Positions 9,350 through 18,400 of a DNA stretch of 64,000 nt are shown here, one piece after another. A program made the translations under genes and the position numbers. The stretch is from Leptolyngbyaceae cyanobacterium (GTDB taxonomy: Bacteria > Cyanobacteriota > Cyanobacteriia > Phormidesmidales > Phormidesmidaceae). The stretch lies in NCBI GenBank assembly GCA_965263355.1, contig CBDHHL010000032.1, positions 1,056,001 to 1,120,000 of the forward strand, given 5' to 3'. A model generated the notes under the pieces. It saw only the letters and a program-made list of their open reading frames with translations. It ran no database searches and was not told the origin of the DNA. The stretch's first letter is position 1; every line of letters begins with the position of its first letter.

Positions 9350-9802
9350 CGCAACGTTACACTGTTTATTAATCGCGCCAGAAAATACAATGTCTATTTT
9401 TATATTGAGATTACAGAACATACCTACACTACCCAAGTAAACGCACTAGCCTCAGTGACTAAACAATTGCGTCAGGCAGGCCATAAAATTTCTATTGATG
9501 ACTTTGGAGTAGGATACTCATCCCTGACTAGCCTCATAGCATTTAATGCCGATGAAATTAAGCTAGATCGTAAATTGCTAGTACCACCAGAAGGTGAAGT
9601 GGAAAGAGGGCGAATACTCATAAAATCTAGCATTCATATGTGTCATGAGCTAGGATTTTCCGTAGTGGCAGAAGGTGTAGAAACGCGATCGCAACTAAGC
9701 TTTTTACAAAGCTGTCAAGTAGACTGCATCCAAGGGCACTACTTAGGAAAACCGATGCCCCAGCGCAGATTGCTAATCTGTTTGTTCATACTGCCTAAGT
9801 AG
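9350..9802 (+). pseudogene. C-terminal half of an EAL (c-di-GMP phosphodiesterase) domain
   Basis: IEITE (9404 onward), IDDFGVGYSSL, KLDR, AEGVET, QGHY; the N-terminal EAL motif is missing. Confidence 0.8.
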
Positions 9803-9833
9803 GCGTTTAAGAGGCGTTTAAGAAGAATAGGGC

Positions 9834-10364
9834 TTAGATTGTATCTAAATCACCAGGGTTCTGTCGTTGACGCAAGCCAAAATTAAGCTCATTACTAGAG
9901 TAAGACGTCCCAAAGGTTTCAGCTAAGCTCACCACCTGACGCAAGGCTGAGCGAAAATTATTCGCCTGTAATGTCCCCAAAGGATGCACATATACAGCAA
10001 CGACCGCTCCATCCGTTACAGCGTAGCGAGCATCTAGGGCCGTATGAAAGTTAGCTGCCAGCATCGCCTGCACCTGCTGTGCCGTCAGCTCATCCACAGG
10101 CACCACCGGACTAAACACACGCATCCGATCATTTTGGGCATCAGCCAACACAATCACAGCCCTGCCACCGACGCTAAATTGCCACTGCCCCCTCTCCCCA
10201 TCAACGTTATCTACTTCTGAGCGCAAAATGTTGTCTAGCTGTTCAATGGTCATCGGCTGCAACCGTTCCGTTGTCTGAGCACAGGCAGCCGTAGTCATTA
10301 ACGGCATGGATGCAGCTATCAAACCAGCCACCGTGAATGCAGCTGTACGCGATAAAAAAGTCAT
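9834..10364 (-). CDS. Secreted YbjN/CesT-like chaperone-fold protein
   Basis: Signal peptide; DRMR..SP, ANFHTALDARYA motif. Confidence 0.6.
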   Translation of the reverse strand: MTFLSRTAAFTVAGLIAASMPLMTTAACAQTTERLQPMTIEQLDNILRSEVDNVDGERGQWQFSVGGRAVIVLADAQNDRMRVFSPVVPVDELTAQQVQAMLAANFHTALDARYAVTDGAVVAVYVHPLGTLQANNFRSALRQVVSLAETFGTSYSSNELNFGLRQRQNPGDLDTI

Positions 10365-10547
10365 GGATTCAAGTAGTGAGGGTTAGAACCATCTTAAACA
10401 CTCAACATGAGCCGCCCCTGAGAGTTCCTTAAGAGTTGAAGAACTTGGGCTCTAATGATTTATGTGAACGCTAGGATATTCTCGTCCTTGCTCCAAGCTC
10501 ATCCAATCTGCCCGATCTACCCTCTTTATGCCCCAGCAGCAATAAAT

Positions 10548-13085
10548 ATGAAAATAGATATAACGGTTATATTACTACTCTTGCTAGTCTTTGGTGGTCT
10601 CATAGTCTATGTTGCCTACACTGCCACCGTAGCTAACAGCCAAAACAGGCCAGCGTCAACACCACCCACGATCACCCCCAAAAACTGGCCCACAACCAAT
10701 GGAGGTGCAGCCCTATCACCTGACATTGAGGCTCGTATTAATACGCTGATGGCGTCGATGACATTAGAGGAAATGGTAGGTCAGACCATTCAAGCAGACA
10801 TTAATGAAATTACCCCAGAGGATATTCGCAAGCATCGTCTGGGGTCGATTCTCAATGGTGGTAATTCTGCCCCCGGTGAAAATGTTCGTGCCCCAGCAGA
10901 GGATTGGTTACCTCTAGCAGATCAATTTTATGAAGCCTCCATGGATACCAGCAATGGTGGCAAGGCAATTCCCATTTTATGGGGAACTGATGCGGTGCAT
11001 GGCCACAATAATATTGTTGGAGCCACAATATTTCCTCACAATATTGGCCTCGGGGCAGCTCGCAACCCAGACCTGGTAGAACAAATTGGAGCAATCACAG
11101 CCAGAGAAGTGATTGTTACTGGTATGGATTGGACATTTGCACCAACCCTTGCAGTGGTTCGTAATACCTGCTGGGGACGAACCTATGAAAGTTATTCCGA
11201 AGATCCGGAGATTGTTGCTCAGTATGCTACAGCCATGGTAAGAGGATTACAAGGAGAACTGGGTACGGATAGTTTTCTCAGCAATCAACATATCTTGGCT
11301 ACAGCCAAACATTTTATCGGCGATGGCGGCACTCAAGGCGGTAAAGACCAGGGCGACAATATTGATAGTGAAACTAAGCTGCGAGACTATCATGGCGCAG
11401 GCTATCCCCCGGCGATTGAAGCTGGGGTACAAACCGTCATGGCGTCATTTTCTGCCTGGCATGGCCAACGTCTGCATGGCCACAAAACACTGTTAACCGA
11501 TGTGCTCAAGCACCATATGGGCTTTAACGGCTTTATCGTCGGCGACTGGAACGGTCATGCTCAAGTGCCAGGTTGCTCCCCAGAGAGCTGCCCCACTGCA
11601 TTTAATGCGGGCATCGATATGTTTATGGCCCCCGATGGCTGGCATCAGCTTTATCAAAACACCGTAGCCCAGGTGAAGTCGGGGGAAATTCCCCGCAGTC
11701 GGTTGGAAGATGCTGTGCGTCGAATTTTACGGGTCAAATTTCGCTTAGGTTTATTTGAGAAACCTAAGCCGTCAGAACGTCCCTTAGCGGGTAATTATGC
11801 TCTCCTGGGTCATCCTAATCACCGGGCAATTGCTCGTCAGGCCGTCCGTGAGTCCTTAGTTCTCCTTAAAAACCAGGAAAATCTTTTGCCCTTAAAAACC
11901 AACCAAACCATTCTGGTTACCGGTGATGGGGCCCATGATATCGGTAAACAAACCGGTGGTTGGACCCTCTCCTGGCAAGGGACTGGCAACAGCAATGAGC
12001 ATTTTCCCAACGGTACCTCTATTTGGGAGGGATTACGTAATGCGATCGCAGCCGGTGGCGGCCATGCTGTGTTCAGTGAAGACGGCAGCTATGACCAAAC
12101 ACCTGATGTCGCAATTGTTGTCTTTGGCGAACAGCCCTATGCCGAATTCAAGGGCGATTTGCCACATCTAAAATATTCATCGGATCAAGCACTACAGCTG
12201 CTCCAATCATTCCAGGCCAAAGGAATTTCCACAGTTGCTATTTTTCTATCAGGTCGTCCCCTATGGGTTACTCCCGAGGTCAATGCTGCCGATGCCTTTG
12301 TGACCGCTTGGTTGCCAGGAATTGCGGGCGAAGGGCTCGCTGATGTACTAATCCGCAAACCCAATGGTGTCATTAACGCTGACTTTAAGGGTAAACTCTC
12401 TTTCTCCTGGCCTCGCACGGCTACACAAACCAATTTAGATCGCGGCGATAACAACTATGATCCGTTATTTCCATACGGGTATGGTCTTACCTACAAAGAC
12501 AACGGCAATGTGGCCGAACTACCAGAGACATCTGGATTAGACGGTAGTGAAGCCACCAAGAGTAATGCCTTTTTTGCCCTTGGTAAACCCATGGCACCCT
12601 GGAGTCTCCAGGCCGCTATGGGAGAGACAACCAATCCAATAGTGGATGCCCGCACTACCCTTGGAGATGCCTTGGTAATTCGTGCTACCGACCGAGTTGC
12701 CCAAGAAGATGCCCAGCAGTTTGTATGGAGTGGCAAGGAAACAGCGTCAATAGCCATCACAGGCCCCGCCACAGACTACACAGCCGCTTCCCACTACAAC
12801 GATATTCTTGTTATCCAATACCGAATAGACGCCCCACCAGCAGGCCCAGTCACACTATTTGCCGAATGCGGTGGTGACTGTCGCGCTGATCTAGATATTA
12901 CCCAACGGCTGACCAATGCACCCTTAGGAGAATGGACCCAGACAGAAATCACGTTAAGCCGCTTGGTAGACGCCGGAGCAGACATGTCTAAGCTGGCAGC
13001 GCTAGGCTTAGAAACCTCAGAGGCCCTATCGCTGAGCCTATCTGACATACGGCTAGTAGCCAGTGACGAATCCCCCGGTTCATGA
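10548..13085 (+). CDS. GH3 exo-beta-glucosidase (ExoP-like) with N-terminal membrane anchor and C-terminal accessory domain
   Basis: GTDAVHG, FPHNIGLGA, WGRTYESYSEDP, AKHFIGDG, nucleophile GDW, GEQPYAE. Confidence 0.9.
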   Translation: MKIDITVILLLLLVFGGLIVYVAYTATVANSQNRPASTPPTITPKNWPTTNGGAALSPDIEARINTLMASMTLEEMVGQTIQADINEITPEDIRKHRLGSILNGGNSAPGENVRAPAEDWLPLADQFYEASMDTSNGGKAIPILWGTDAVHGHNNIVGATIFPHNIGLGAARNPDLVEQIGAITAREVIVTGMDWTFAPTLAVVRNTCWGRTYESYSEDPEIVAQYATAMVRGLQGELGTDSFLSNQHILATAKHFIGDGGTQGGKDQGDNIDSETKLRDYHGAGYPPAIEAGVQTVMASFSAWHGQRLHGHKTLLTDVLKHHMGFNGFIVGDWNGHAQVPGCSPESCPTAFNAGIDMFMAPDGWHQLYQNTVAQVKSGEIPRSRLEDAVRRILRVKFRLGLFEKPKPSERPLAGNYALLGHPNHRAIARQAVRESLVLLKNQENLLPLKTNQTILVTGDGAHDIGKQTGGWTLSWQGTGNSNEHFPNGTSIWEGLRNAIAAGGGHAVFSEDGSYDQTPDVAIVVFGEQPYAEFKGDLPHLKYSSDQALQLLQSFQAKGISTVAIFLSGRPLWVTPEVNAADAFVTAWLPGIAGEGLADVLIRKPNGVINADFKGKLSFSWPRTATQTNLDRGDNNYDPLFPYGYGLTYKDNGNVAELPETSGLDGSEATKSNAFFALGKPMAPWSLQAAMGETTNPIVDARTTLGDALVIRATDRVAQEDAQQFVWSGKETASIAITGPATDYTAASHYNDILVIQYRIDAPPAGPVTLFAECGGDCRADLDITQRLTNAPLGEWTQTEITLSRLVDAGADMSKLAALGLETSEALSLSLSDIRLVASDESPGS

Positions 13086-13338
13086 TAGACATAAGTAACC
13101 TATTTCAGCGGGTAGCATTGTAAATGGGGATTTTTATCAAGCCAACCGTAGGTGGCTGGTAGAATACTAAGATGAGGCGTTGCCAATCTTTAGGAAAGAA
13201 TATTTAATCTGCAAGAGTTTGCTCTATGGCATTTTTAACAGATTGAATTATCCTCCAAACCTGCAATGGCCCAATAGATACATGGCATTATAGTTGTTTA
13301 TTCGTAATATAACTCTTTATTCTGAGTTTAGTCTGAGT

Positions 13339-13776
13339 ATGGTATCCGATATTCGATCACAAGCGGTTCAATTGGTCGAAACCTTGCCAGAAAAACAACT
13401 GGCCGATGCCGTGAGATTTTTAGAATTATTATCTAAACTGGAAATGTATGTTCCTAAGACAGAGCGGGAGACTGAGTTGGTTTCGACCATCCAACGTCGC
13501 CTATCTTCTGAAGAGCAGCAGCGGTTGGATCACTTACGCGATCGCAACCAGCAGGGTGACTGCCTTACGGAATCTGACTATCAAGAACTGATTCGATTAG
13601 AAGACGAACTAGAAAAGTTCGCCGTCGACAGATTAAACGCGTTGATCCAGCTAGCTGATCTGACTAATATCGGATTGGCAACCCTTAACCAAAGATTTAA
13701 GGCAATGCCGCCAAACTCCCATGCCATCGAACCGGGAGCGTCTCACATCCCTGACCAAACGAACCGTTCAGACTAG
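13339..13776 (+). CDS. Helical hypothetical protein (putative antitoxin-like partner of the HNH gene)
   Basis: E.EL...I...L..E.Q.R...L....LT..DY.EL..L..ELE....RL.AL..LA pattern; overlaps the HNH gene. Confidence 0.55.
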   Translation: MVSDIRSQAVQLVETLPEKQLADAVRFLELLSKLEMYVPKTERETELVSTIQRRLSSEEQQRLDHLRDRNQQGDCLTESDYQELIRLEDELEKFAVDRLNALIQLADLTNIGLATLNQRFKAMPPNSHAIEPGASHIPDQTNRSD

Positions 13777-14155
13777 AGCTAAAAATTATTGCGAGTATTG
13801 CCATTGTCCTGGAGACTATGCAACTGATAGTTTCACCGTGGATCACATACTGCCCCGATTAAAGGGCGGTTCCAATCAGCTAAACAACTTGGCCTGGGCC
13901 TGCTTTGGCTGTAATGGACGCAAACAAGCCCGGACCCAAGCCATCGATCCAGAAACTGGCAAACTGGCTAATTTTTACAACCCACGCACTCAACGCTGGG
14001 CTGACCATTTCCGCTGGAACAAAGACACAACCGTGATGGTGGGCAAAACCCCTGAAGGCCGCGCCACCATTGAAGCTCTCAACATTAACCGCCCCAATAT
14101 CGTGAACCTACGCCGCTTGCTGATCGCAGTCGGCCTACATCCCCCCTATCTCTGA
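13721..14155 (+). CDS. HNH endonuclease
   Basis: CEYC, DHILP...GG....NL..AC..CN.RK, NPR...W..HF.W, GRATI..L..N. Confidence 0.9.
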   Translation: MPSNRERLTSLTKRTVQTRAKNYCEYCHCPGDYATDSFTVDHILPRLKGGSNQLNNLAWACFGCNGRKQARTQAIDPETGKLANFYNPRTQRWADHFRWNKDTTVMVGKTPEGRATIEALNINRPNIVNLRRLLIAVGLHPPYL

Positions 14156-14503
14156 ATTTGAGGCTCACACCCAAAAAGGTTTATAACAACTAGCCCAGAA
14201 TATATATAATCGTTCCCGCCGTACCCCCAACTTATGCCATTGGGAATAACCCAGTACGGCGGGTTGTAGAGCGGCGTTCCGGCTCTGCCCACGGGAAATC
14301 CCAGTTTGCCTAAAAGAGATAGCTTAAGTGCATCCGGAAAGGGAACACGGAGGGCTCCCAAGCAACACATTTAGCCTCCCTCCAGAATATGGACAACCAA
14401 TGTTTTCGTAACGTCAGACCTATGACATTAGCAATTACCCAACACATTTAGTTTTAGAACAGCGTTAAATTTGTTATCCCTACCAAGTTCACACACTGCA
14501 AAC

Positions 14504-14554
14504 AAGTGACAAAAGTCATATTGCAATTATCTCACACCATGACTTTTGTCACTT
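14504..14554. terminator. 16-bp inverted repeat downstream of the 14579-15211 gene
   Basis: AAGTGACAAAAGTCAT ... ATGACTTTTGTCACTT. Confidence 0.55.
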
Positions 14555-14578
14555 TATAAACTCTCTCTCATAAAAAAA

Positions 14579-15211
14579 TCACTCTTCCCCAAGCAAATTA
14601 TTCGCCCCATACAAAAATATGCCTGCCCCCAGCCAGATGCTCCCTGCAAAAAAGCTAGGATCTGGACTAAAGTAGTAAGCCAATCCATCGGAACAAATTA
14701 GGCCCAAACCAATGGCCATCTTCCGCACATCATTGCTTAAATGGCGAACTTTCTCCTGATTGGCTTGGTTAGAAATCTCATCGGTCAATTCACCTAAGCT
14801 CCGCCGAAAGACTAATATTTGATTCAACAAATCATCGGTGGACCTCAATTCAACCGGCTGTTCCTTACAATCTTCTACAATCTGGAGTGCAGAATCATCC
14901 ACCCGACTCAGCCAACCCTGTTCAGATTCTGACATTTCAGGCTCCATCGTACCGCCCTGCCATTCATGATCCACCTCTAGCAGCAAGCCGTCCTTAGGAT
15001 TTAAATACTTCTTCAGGGTTTTAGAACATTTATCGACCAGCCAAATTAACTCCTCAGAATACCGCTGCAGTTCCTCTGGGTCCCCCTTCAGCGCCTCTAA
15101 CTTTAGCTCCAGCCGACGAGCCTGTCTGATAAATTTTTCGGCATTTAGCAAAAGGTTTTTGCGATCATTGGCAACCATTTTTTGCGATCGCACTTTCTTC
15201 TTATTAGCCAT
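14579..15211 (-). CDS. Hypothetical helical protein with C-terminal hydrophobic hairpin
   Basis: 210-aa ORF; charged helical N-terminus and two Gly-rich hydrophobic segments at the end. Confidence 0.6.
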   Translation of the reverse strand: MANKKKVRSQKMVANDRKNLLLNAEKFIRQARRLELKLEALKGDPEELQRYSEELIWLVDKCSKTLKKYLNPKDGLLLEVDHEWQGGTMEPEMSESEQGWLSRVDDSALQIVEDCKEQPVELRSTDDLLNQILVFRRSLGELTDEISNQANQEKVRHLSNDVRKMAIGLGLICSDGLAYYFSPDPSFFAGSIWLGAGIFLYGANNLLGEE

Positions 15212-15376
15212 TAATCTGCGTAGAGCACTCCCATGGATTATTACCCCTCTTTATTCATACTAAAGCCAGAAAAATCGGGGCAACTCCAGAAAGTCTAAGT
15301 TATCCCCACCGCCGATGATGGCCAATTATTTGAGGGAAGTATAATGGAGCTATTCCCATGTTTGCCTGAGGTTGAC

Positions 15377-15735
15377 ATGACCGACAATTCTGAGTCCCGT
15401 CTAGATCGCCTGGAATCTCTGATGACTCAATCAGGGGAAATTATTTTACGAACGACTGAACTGGCCCAGCAAAACTCGGAGCAGATAGGTCGTCTAGGGA
15501 CACTCGTACAGCAAAACTCGGAGCAGACCAATCGTCTGGAGCAGCTCGTACAGCGAAGTTGGGAACAGGGCACCTACTTCAGCAAACGATGGCCCAGCTA
15601 GCTTTGCAGGCTGCTAGCGATCTCGCCGAATTTGAGCAACATAGGCGTACCACCGAGGCTGCATTATCCAAGATAGATCGCGTGCTTGACTATAAAACAA
15701 GCTTATCAGCTTTGATAGAGGTATCTTTAGATTGA
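15377..15735 (+). pseudogene. Frameshifted coiled-coil hypothetical protein
   Basis: MTDNSESRLDRLE...QQNSEQ x2; continues in a shifted frame near 15575 as LLQQTMAQL...EFEQHRRTTEAALSKIDRVLDY. Confidence 0.6.
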
Positions 15736-15901
15736 GGGGTGTAGACAATGGCCATAGATACTGCTCGATAATCTGTCTTGGGTCAGCACCCAATTGAGCT
15801 TTATAAGCAAATTAAACTTTAAACCGCTAGAGCAGCGTATCTCAGCCCAGGCTAGCTTACCATGAGTAATTTGCAGGCTTTTCGTAAGAATGCGATAGAC
15901 A

Positions 15902-16306
15902 ATGAAATTTCGAAATATAGCGTTATCTGCTCTAATAACAGTATTGCCCCTTATCACCTTGGGTCAACGACCTGCCAAAGCACAGAAATATTGTGAGACT
16001 GTTGATCTTAGCTATGATGGCGGACCAGTTTTTAATATCTACGCAGGCGACACATTTGACGATCCATTCGGGCCAGCAACTATTATAGGCGAAGCTGATG
16101 GTTCTCGCGTAAATGTTCGTCGTACCCCTGGTGGTTACCATGATGGTACCTATGGTCTTGTTGGTGAAACAGTCGATGTACTCGGCTTTGGGTATGGCAC
16201 TAATTGCGATTTCTGGTTGAAAACACGTTTTCCAGACTCAGGTTATGTCGGTTGGATTCATTCTGATTATATCCAAACGCATGATGGGCGAGGACTTTGG
16301 GGTTAG
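15902..16306 (+). CDS. Secreted bacterial SH3-domain protein
   Basis: Signal peptide ending AKA; GSRVNVR..PG, GLVG..V.V, W....F..SG..GWI..DYI. Confidence 0.75.
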   Translation: MKFRNIALSALITVLPLITLGQRPAKAQKYCETVDLSYDGGPVFNIYAGDTFDDPFGPATIIGEADGSRVNVRRTPGGYHDGTYGLVGETVDVLGFGYGTNCDFWLKTRFPDSGYVGWIHSDYIQTHDGRGLWG

Positions 16307-16408
16307 CTACTGGATGACTCTAGGGGATTTACATTAGTTGAGTAGCGATGCAAACGCTTACTGACGGATCAGTGACGTTTTAAACACTTGACGACTTCCT
16401 GAAATTTG

Positions 16409-16422
16409 GTAACAATAGATAC
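16409..16422 (+). promoter_or_regulatory. NtcA binding site (probably repressing)
   Basis: GTA-ACAATAGA-TAC, a perfect GTA-N8-TAC, 15 bp after TTGACG (16388-16393) and just before the riboswitch. Confidence 0.7.
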
Positions 16423-16430
16423 AGAAGTAA

Positions 16431-16530
16431 AACGTTCGTGATCAATTCATTTATACTCTTATTGAATGAGCTGGCTCATGGAAGTAGGCAACAGCGCTCT
16501 CAAGCACTGTAATCCGAAGGAACGCACCTC
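16431..16530 (+). ncRNA. Glutamine riboswitch, class I (glnA RNA motif)
   Basis: CGTTC...GGAAGTAGG...CCGAAGGAACGC: P1 CGTTC/GAACG plus the conserved junction/E-loop bases. Confidence 0.85.
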
Positions 16531-16571
16531 AATTTCTAGACACATCACATTTTATTGAGGAGGATAATCCT

Positions 16572-16715
16572 ATGAACTTGCATTCCGTAAATCCCTTAAT
16601 CACTGTTACAAGCAAAGAGCGATTCCTGAAGCATGCAAATCGTCAACAGGCGCGCAATCGTCAGCGCTCTGTTTTGATGCGTACGATTCAGCAAATTGCT
16701 CCCGACCAAGTTTAG
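16572..16715 (+). CDS. 47-aa glutamine synthetase inactivating factor (IF7/IF17)-like peptide; absent from the ORF track
   Basis: GAGGAGG RBS; MNLHSVNPLITVTSKERFLKHANRQQARNRQRSVLMRTIQQIAPDQV; NRQRSVLMR resembles the IF7 core NRQQSMLSR. Confidence 0.75.
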   Translation: MNLHSVNPLITVTSKERFLKHANRQQARNRQRSVLMRTIQQIAPDQV

Positions 16716-16743
16716 TCACTGTTATCTCTACTTTTTGAATTTT

Positions 16744-16777
16744 AGGGGGCCTGATCGATGGATCAGCCCCCTTTTTT
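16744..16777 (+). terminator. Intrinsic terminator of the riboswitch/IF-like transcript
   Basis: AGGGGGC(C)TGATC / GATCAGCCCCCT stem followed by a T-run. Confidence 0.8.
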
Positions 16778-16811
16778 GTGGATAAGCCTCTAACGCACGA
16801 CAGAGATATGC

Positions 16812-17100
16812 GCCTCAAATCATCTGGCCCGAGGGCACGCAGGTGAGCCGTCGGGCGATACATAAAGCGGTATTTGAATCGCCCTGGCATCGGGAACCCT
16901 GATGTGCCGTCATCGGGAGTTGATGACTCCGCAGTATCGAGGGCGTGGACGAGCGGAGATTAGTCTGGATTGGACCTATTCGTATCATCCGTAGTCGCAG
17001 ATCTTCCGAAGGGCAGTATCCTCAAGCCGATTATGCCTTCGACCAGGGAGTTTTGCCCCGTCCGTTAACTGAAGTGATTGAAGCCAAGGGTAAACAGAAG
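16812..17100 (+). mobile_element. Degenerate DDE transposase fragment (IS701-like)
   Basis: Pieces VSRRAIHKAVFESPW, YRGRGRAEISLDWTYS and YPQADYAFDQGVL, separated by frameshifts and stops. Confidence 0.55.
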
Positions 17101-17105
17101 CATCA

Positions 17106-17390
17106 TGGGGAAATCTTTGTAAAGTAGGCAGCCTAGAAAATCAAGCCCAAGCTGTTCTGTTTGCCTGCGAAGAAGCGATTAAACGGGCTCCTTTTAGACC
17201 TGTCGATAACCGTGGTCTGGCCTATGCCCTTACAGGCAAGACTCAAGAGGCCGTTACCGACTTCAACGCCTTTATCGACCGAACAACGGATGAAGAAGCA
17301 AAAGCCCAACGTCAGCAATGGGTTGATGCCCTAGAAAAAGGAGAAAATCCATTTACACCCGAGGTACTTAAGTCTCTCCGCGAAGAATAG
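17106..17390 (+). pseudogene. Orphaned TPR C-terminal tail of a large signalling protein
   Basis: WGNLCKVGSL...FACEEA...DNRGLAYALTG...DFNAFI...QRQQWVDALEKGENPFTPEVL*; no start codon. Confidence 0.7.
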
Positions 17391-17499
17391 CGTGCTCCTC
17401 CATGTGGATTGGACAGTAACAGCACTTTATAGCCATCCCAGCAACTATGCTCCTCAAGCTAAAATTATAGAGAAACGCTGACCTTGCAACCCTTAGCCT

Positions 17500-18156
17500 A
17501 TGTCCGACCCAGTCACCCTCGAAGACATCTACGCCCTCTTCCAACGCTCACAGGAAGAAGCCGATCGACGCTTTGCCGAAGCCGATCATCAAGCTACCAA
17601 ATTCAGAGCTGATTTTGAGCCCAGTCTGGCCGAGTCTCGAGCTGACTTTGATCGGCGTATGGCTGAGTCTAAAGTCGAGGCTGACAAACGATTAGCTAAA
17701 GCTGAAGCAATTGCAGCTCAAGCTAACCAAGCCGTTAATAACCTGAGTAGTCGCTGGGGGCGGTTTGTCGAAAATATAGTTGCACCCGCTGCATTACGTT
17801 TATTTCAAGACCAGGGCATGGCAGTGCAAGAAATCTATCAGCGAGTCCGCTCAGCTCGAGGTAACCTAAACCTAGAAATCGACATTCTCCTAGTCGATGA
17901 TGATGTAGCGGTAGCCATCGAAGTAAAATCCCGACTTAACCAAGACAGTGTTCGCCAGGTCTTACGTAGTTTAGAACAATTTAAGGTAGCCTTTCCACGC
18001 TATGCTAGCTACCGACTTTATGGAGCAGTGGCTGCTATCGAAATTGATAAAGATGTGGATACCTATGCCTACAATCAGGGTCTGTTTGTTATTCAACAAT
18101 CAGGCAACAGTGTAGAAATTAGCAACAAGTCAGGTTTTGTTCCCCACGCATGGTGA
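17500..18156 (+). CDS. Coiled-coil + PD-(D/E)XK nuclease-like protein (DUF3782-type)
   Basis: EADRR repeats; WGRFVE, EIDIL, IEVKS, LYGAVA, AY..GLFVI. Confidence 0.8.
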   Translation: MSDPVTLEDIYALFQRSQEEADRRFAEADHQATKFRADFEPSLAESRADFDRRMAESKVEADKRLAKAEAIAAQANQAVNNLSSRWGRFVENIVAPAALRLFQDQGMAVQEIYQRVRSARGNLNLEIDILLVDDDVAVAIEVKSRLNQDSVRQVLRSLEQFKVAFPRYASYRLYGAVAAIEIDKDVDTYAYNQGLFVIQQSGNSVEISNKSGFVPHAW

Positions 18157-18165
18157 TTCCCCCCA

Positions 18166-18341
18166 CGTAGGTTGGGTTGCACCCCACCCAACTCTCTCTC
18201 CTTTACCAAACCCTTCGCAAACCCAACATTGCCGATCCCCCAAAGACCGATTATTGGTTGATACCGTTGATGGGTATTGGGTATCGGCGGTGAACCGTTA
18301 TGGATTGGCATGTTGGGTTTCGTGCCTCAACCCAACCTACG
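18166..18341. repeat. REP/MITE-like element with nested inverted repeats
   Basis: Terminal CGTAGGTTGGGTTG / CAACCCAACCTACG; inner AAACCCAACAT / ATGTTGGGTTT. Confidence 0.8.
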
Positions 18342-18400
18342 ATCTACGATTGCTAAAATAATTGGACCTTATCCTGTCACCGTTCATATACCGTTATGTT

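Noticed and set aside
14160..14455. HEARO/omega-type RNA or 6S RNA beside the HNH gene
   Set aside because: The HNH protein is small with no RuvC or PLMP motifs, and I could not match the tract to 6S RNA; kept only as an unassigned structured region.
16606..16890. 94-aa minus-strand ORF
   Set aside because: It is antisense to the riboswitch-controlled peptide, its terminator and an IS relic, which explain the sequence better.
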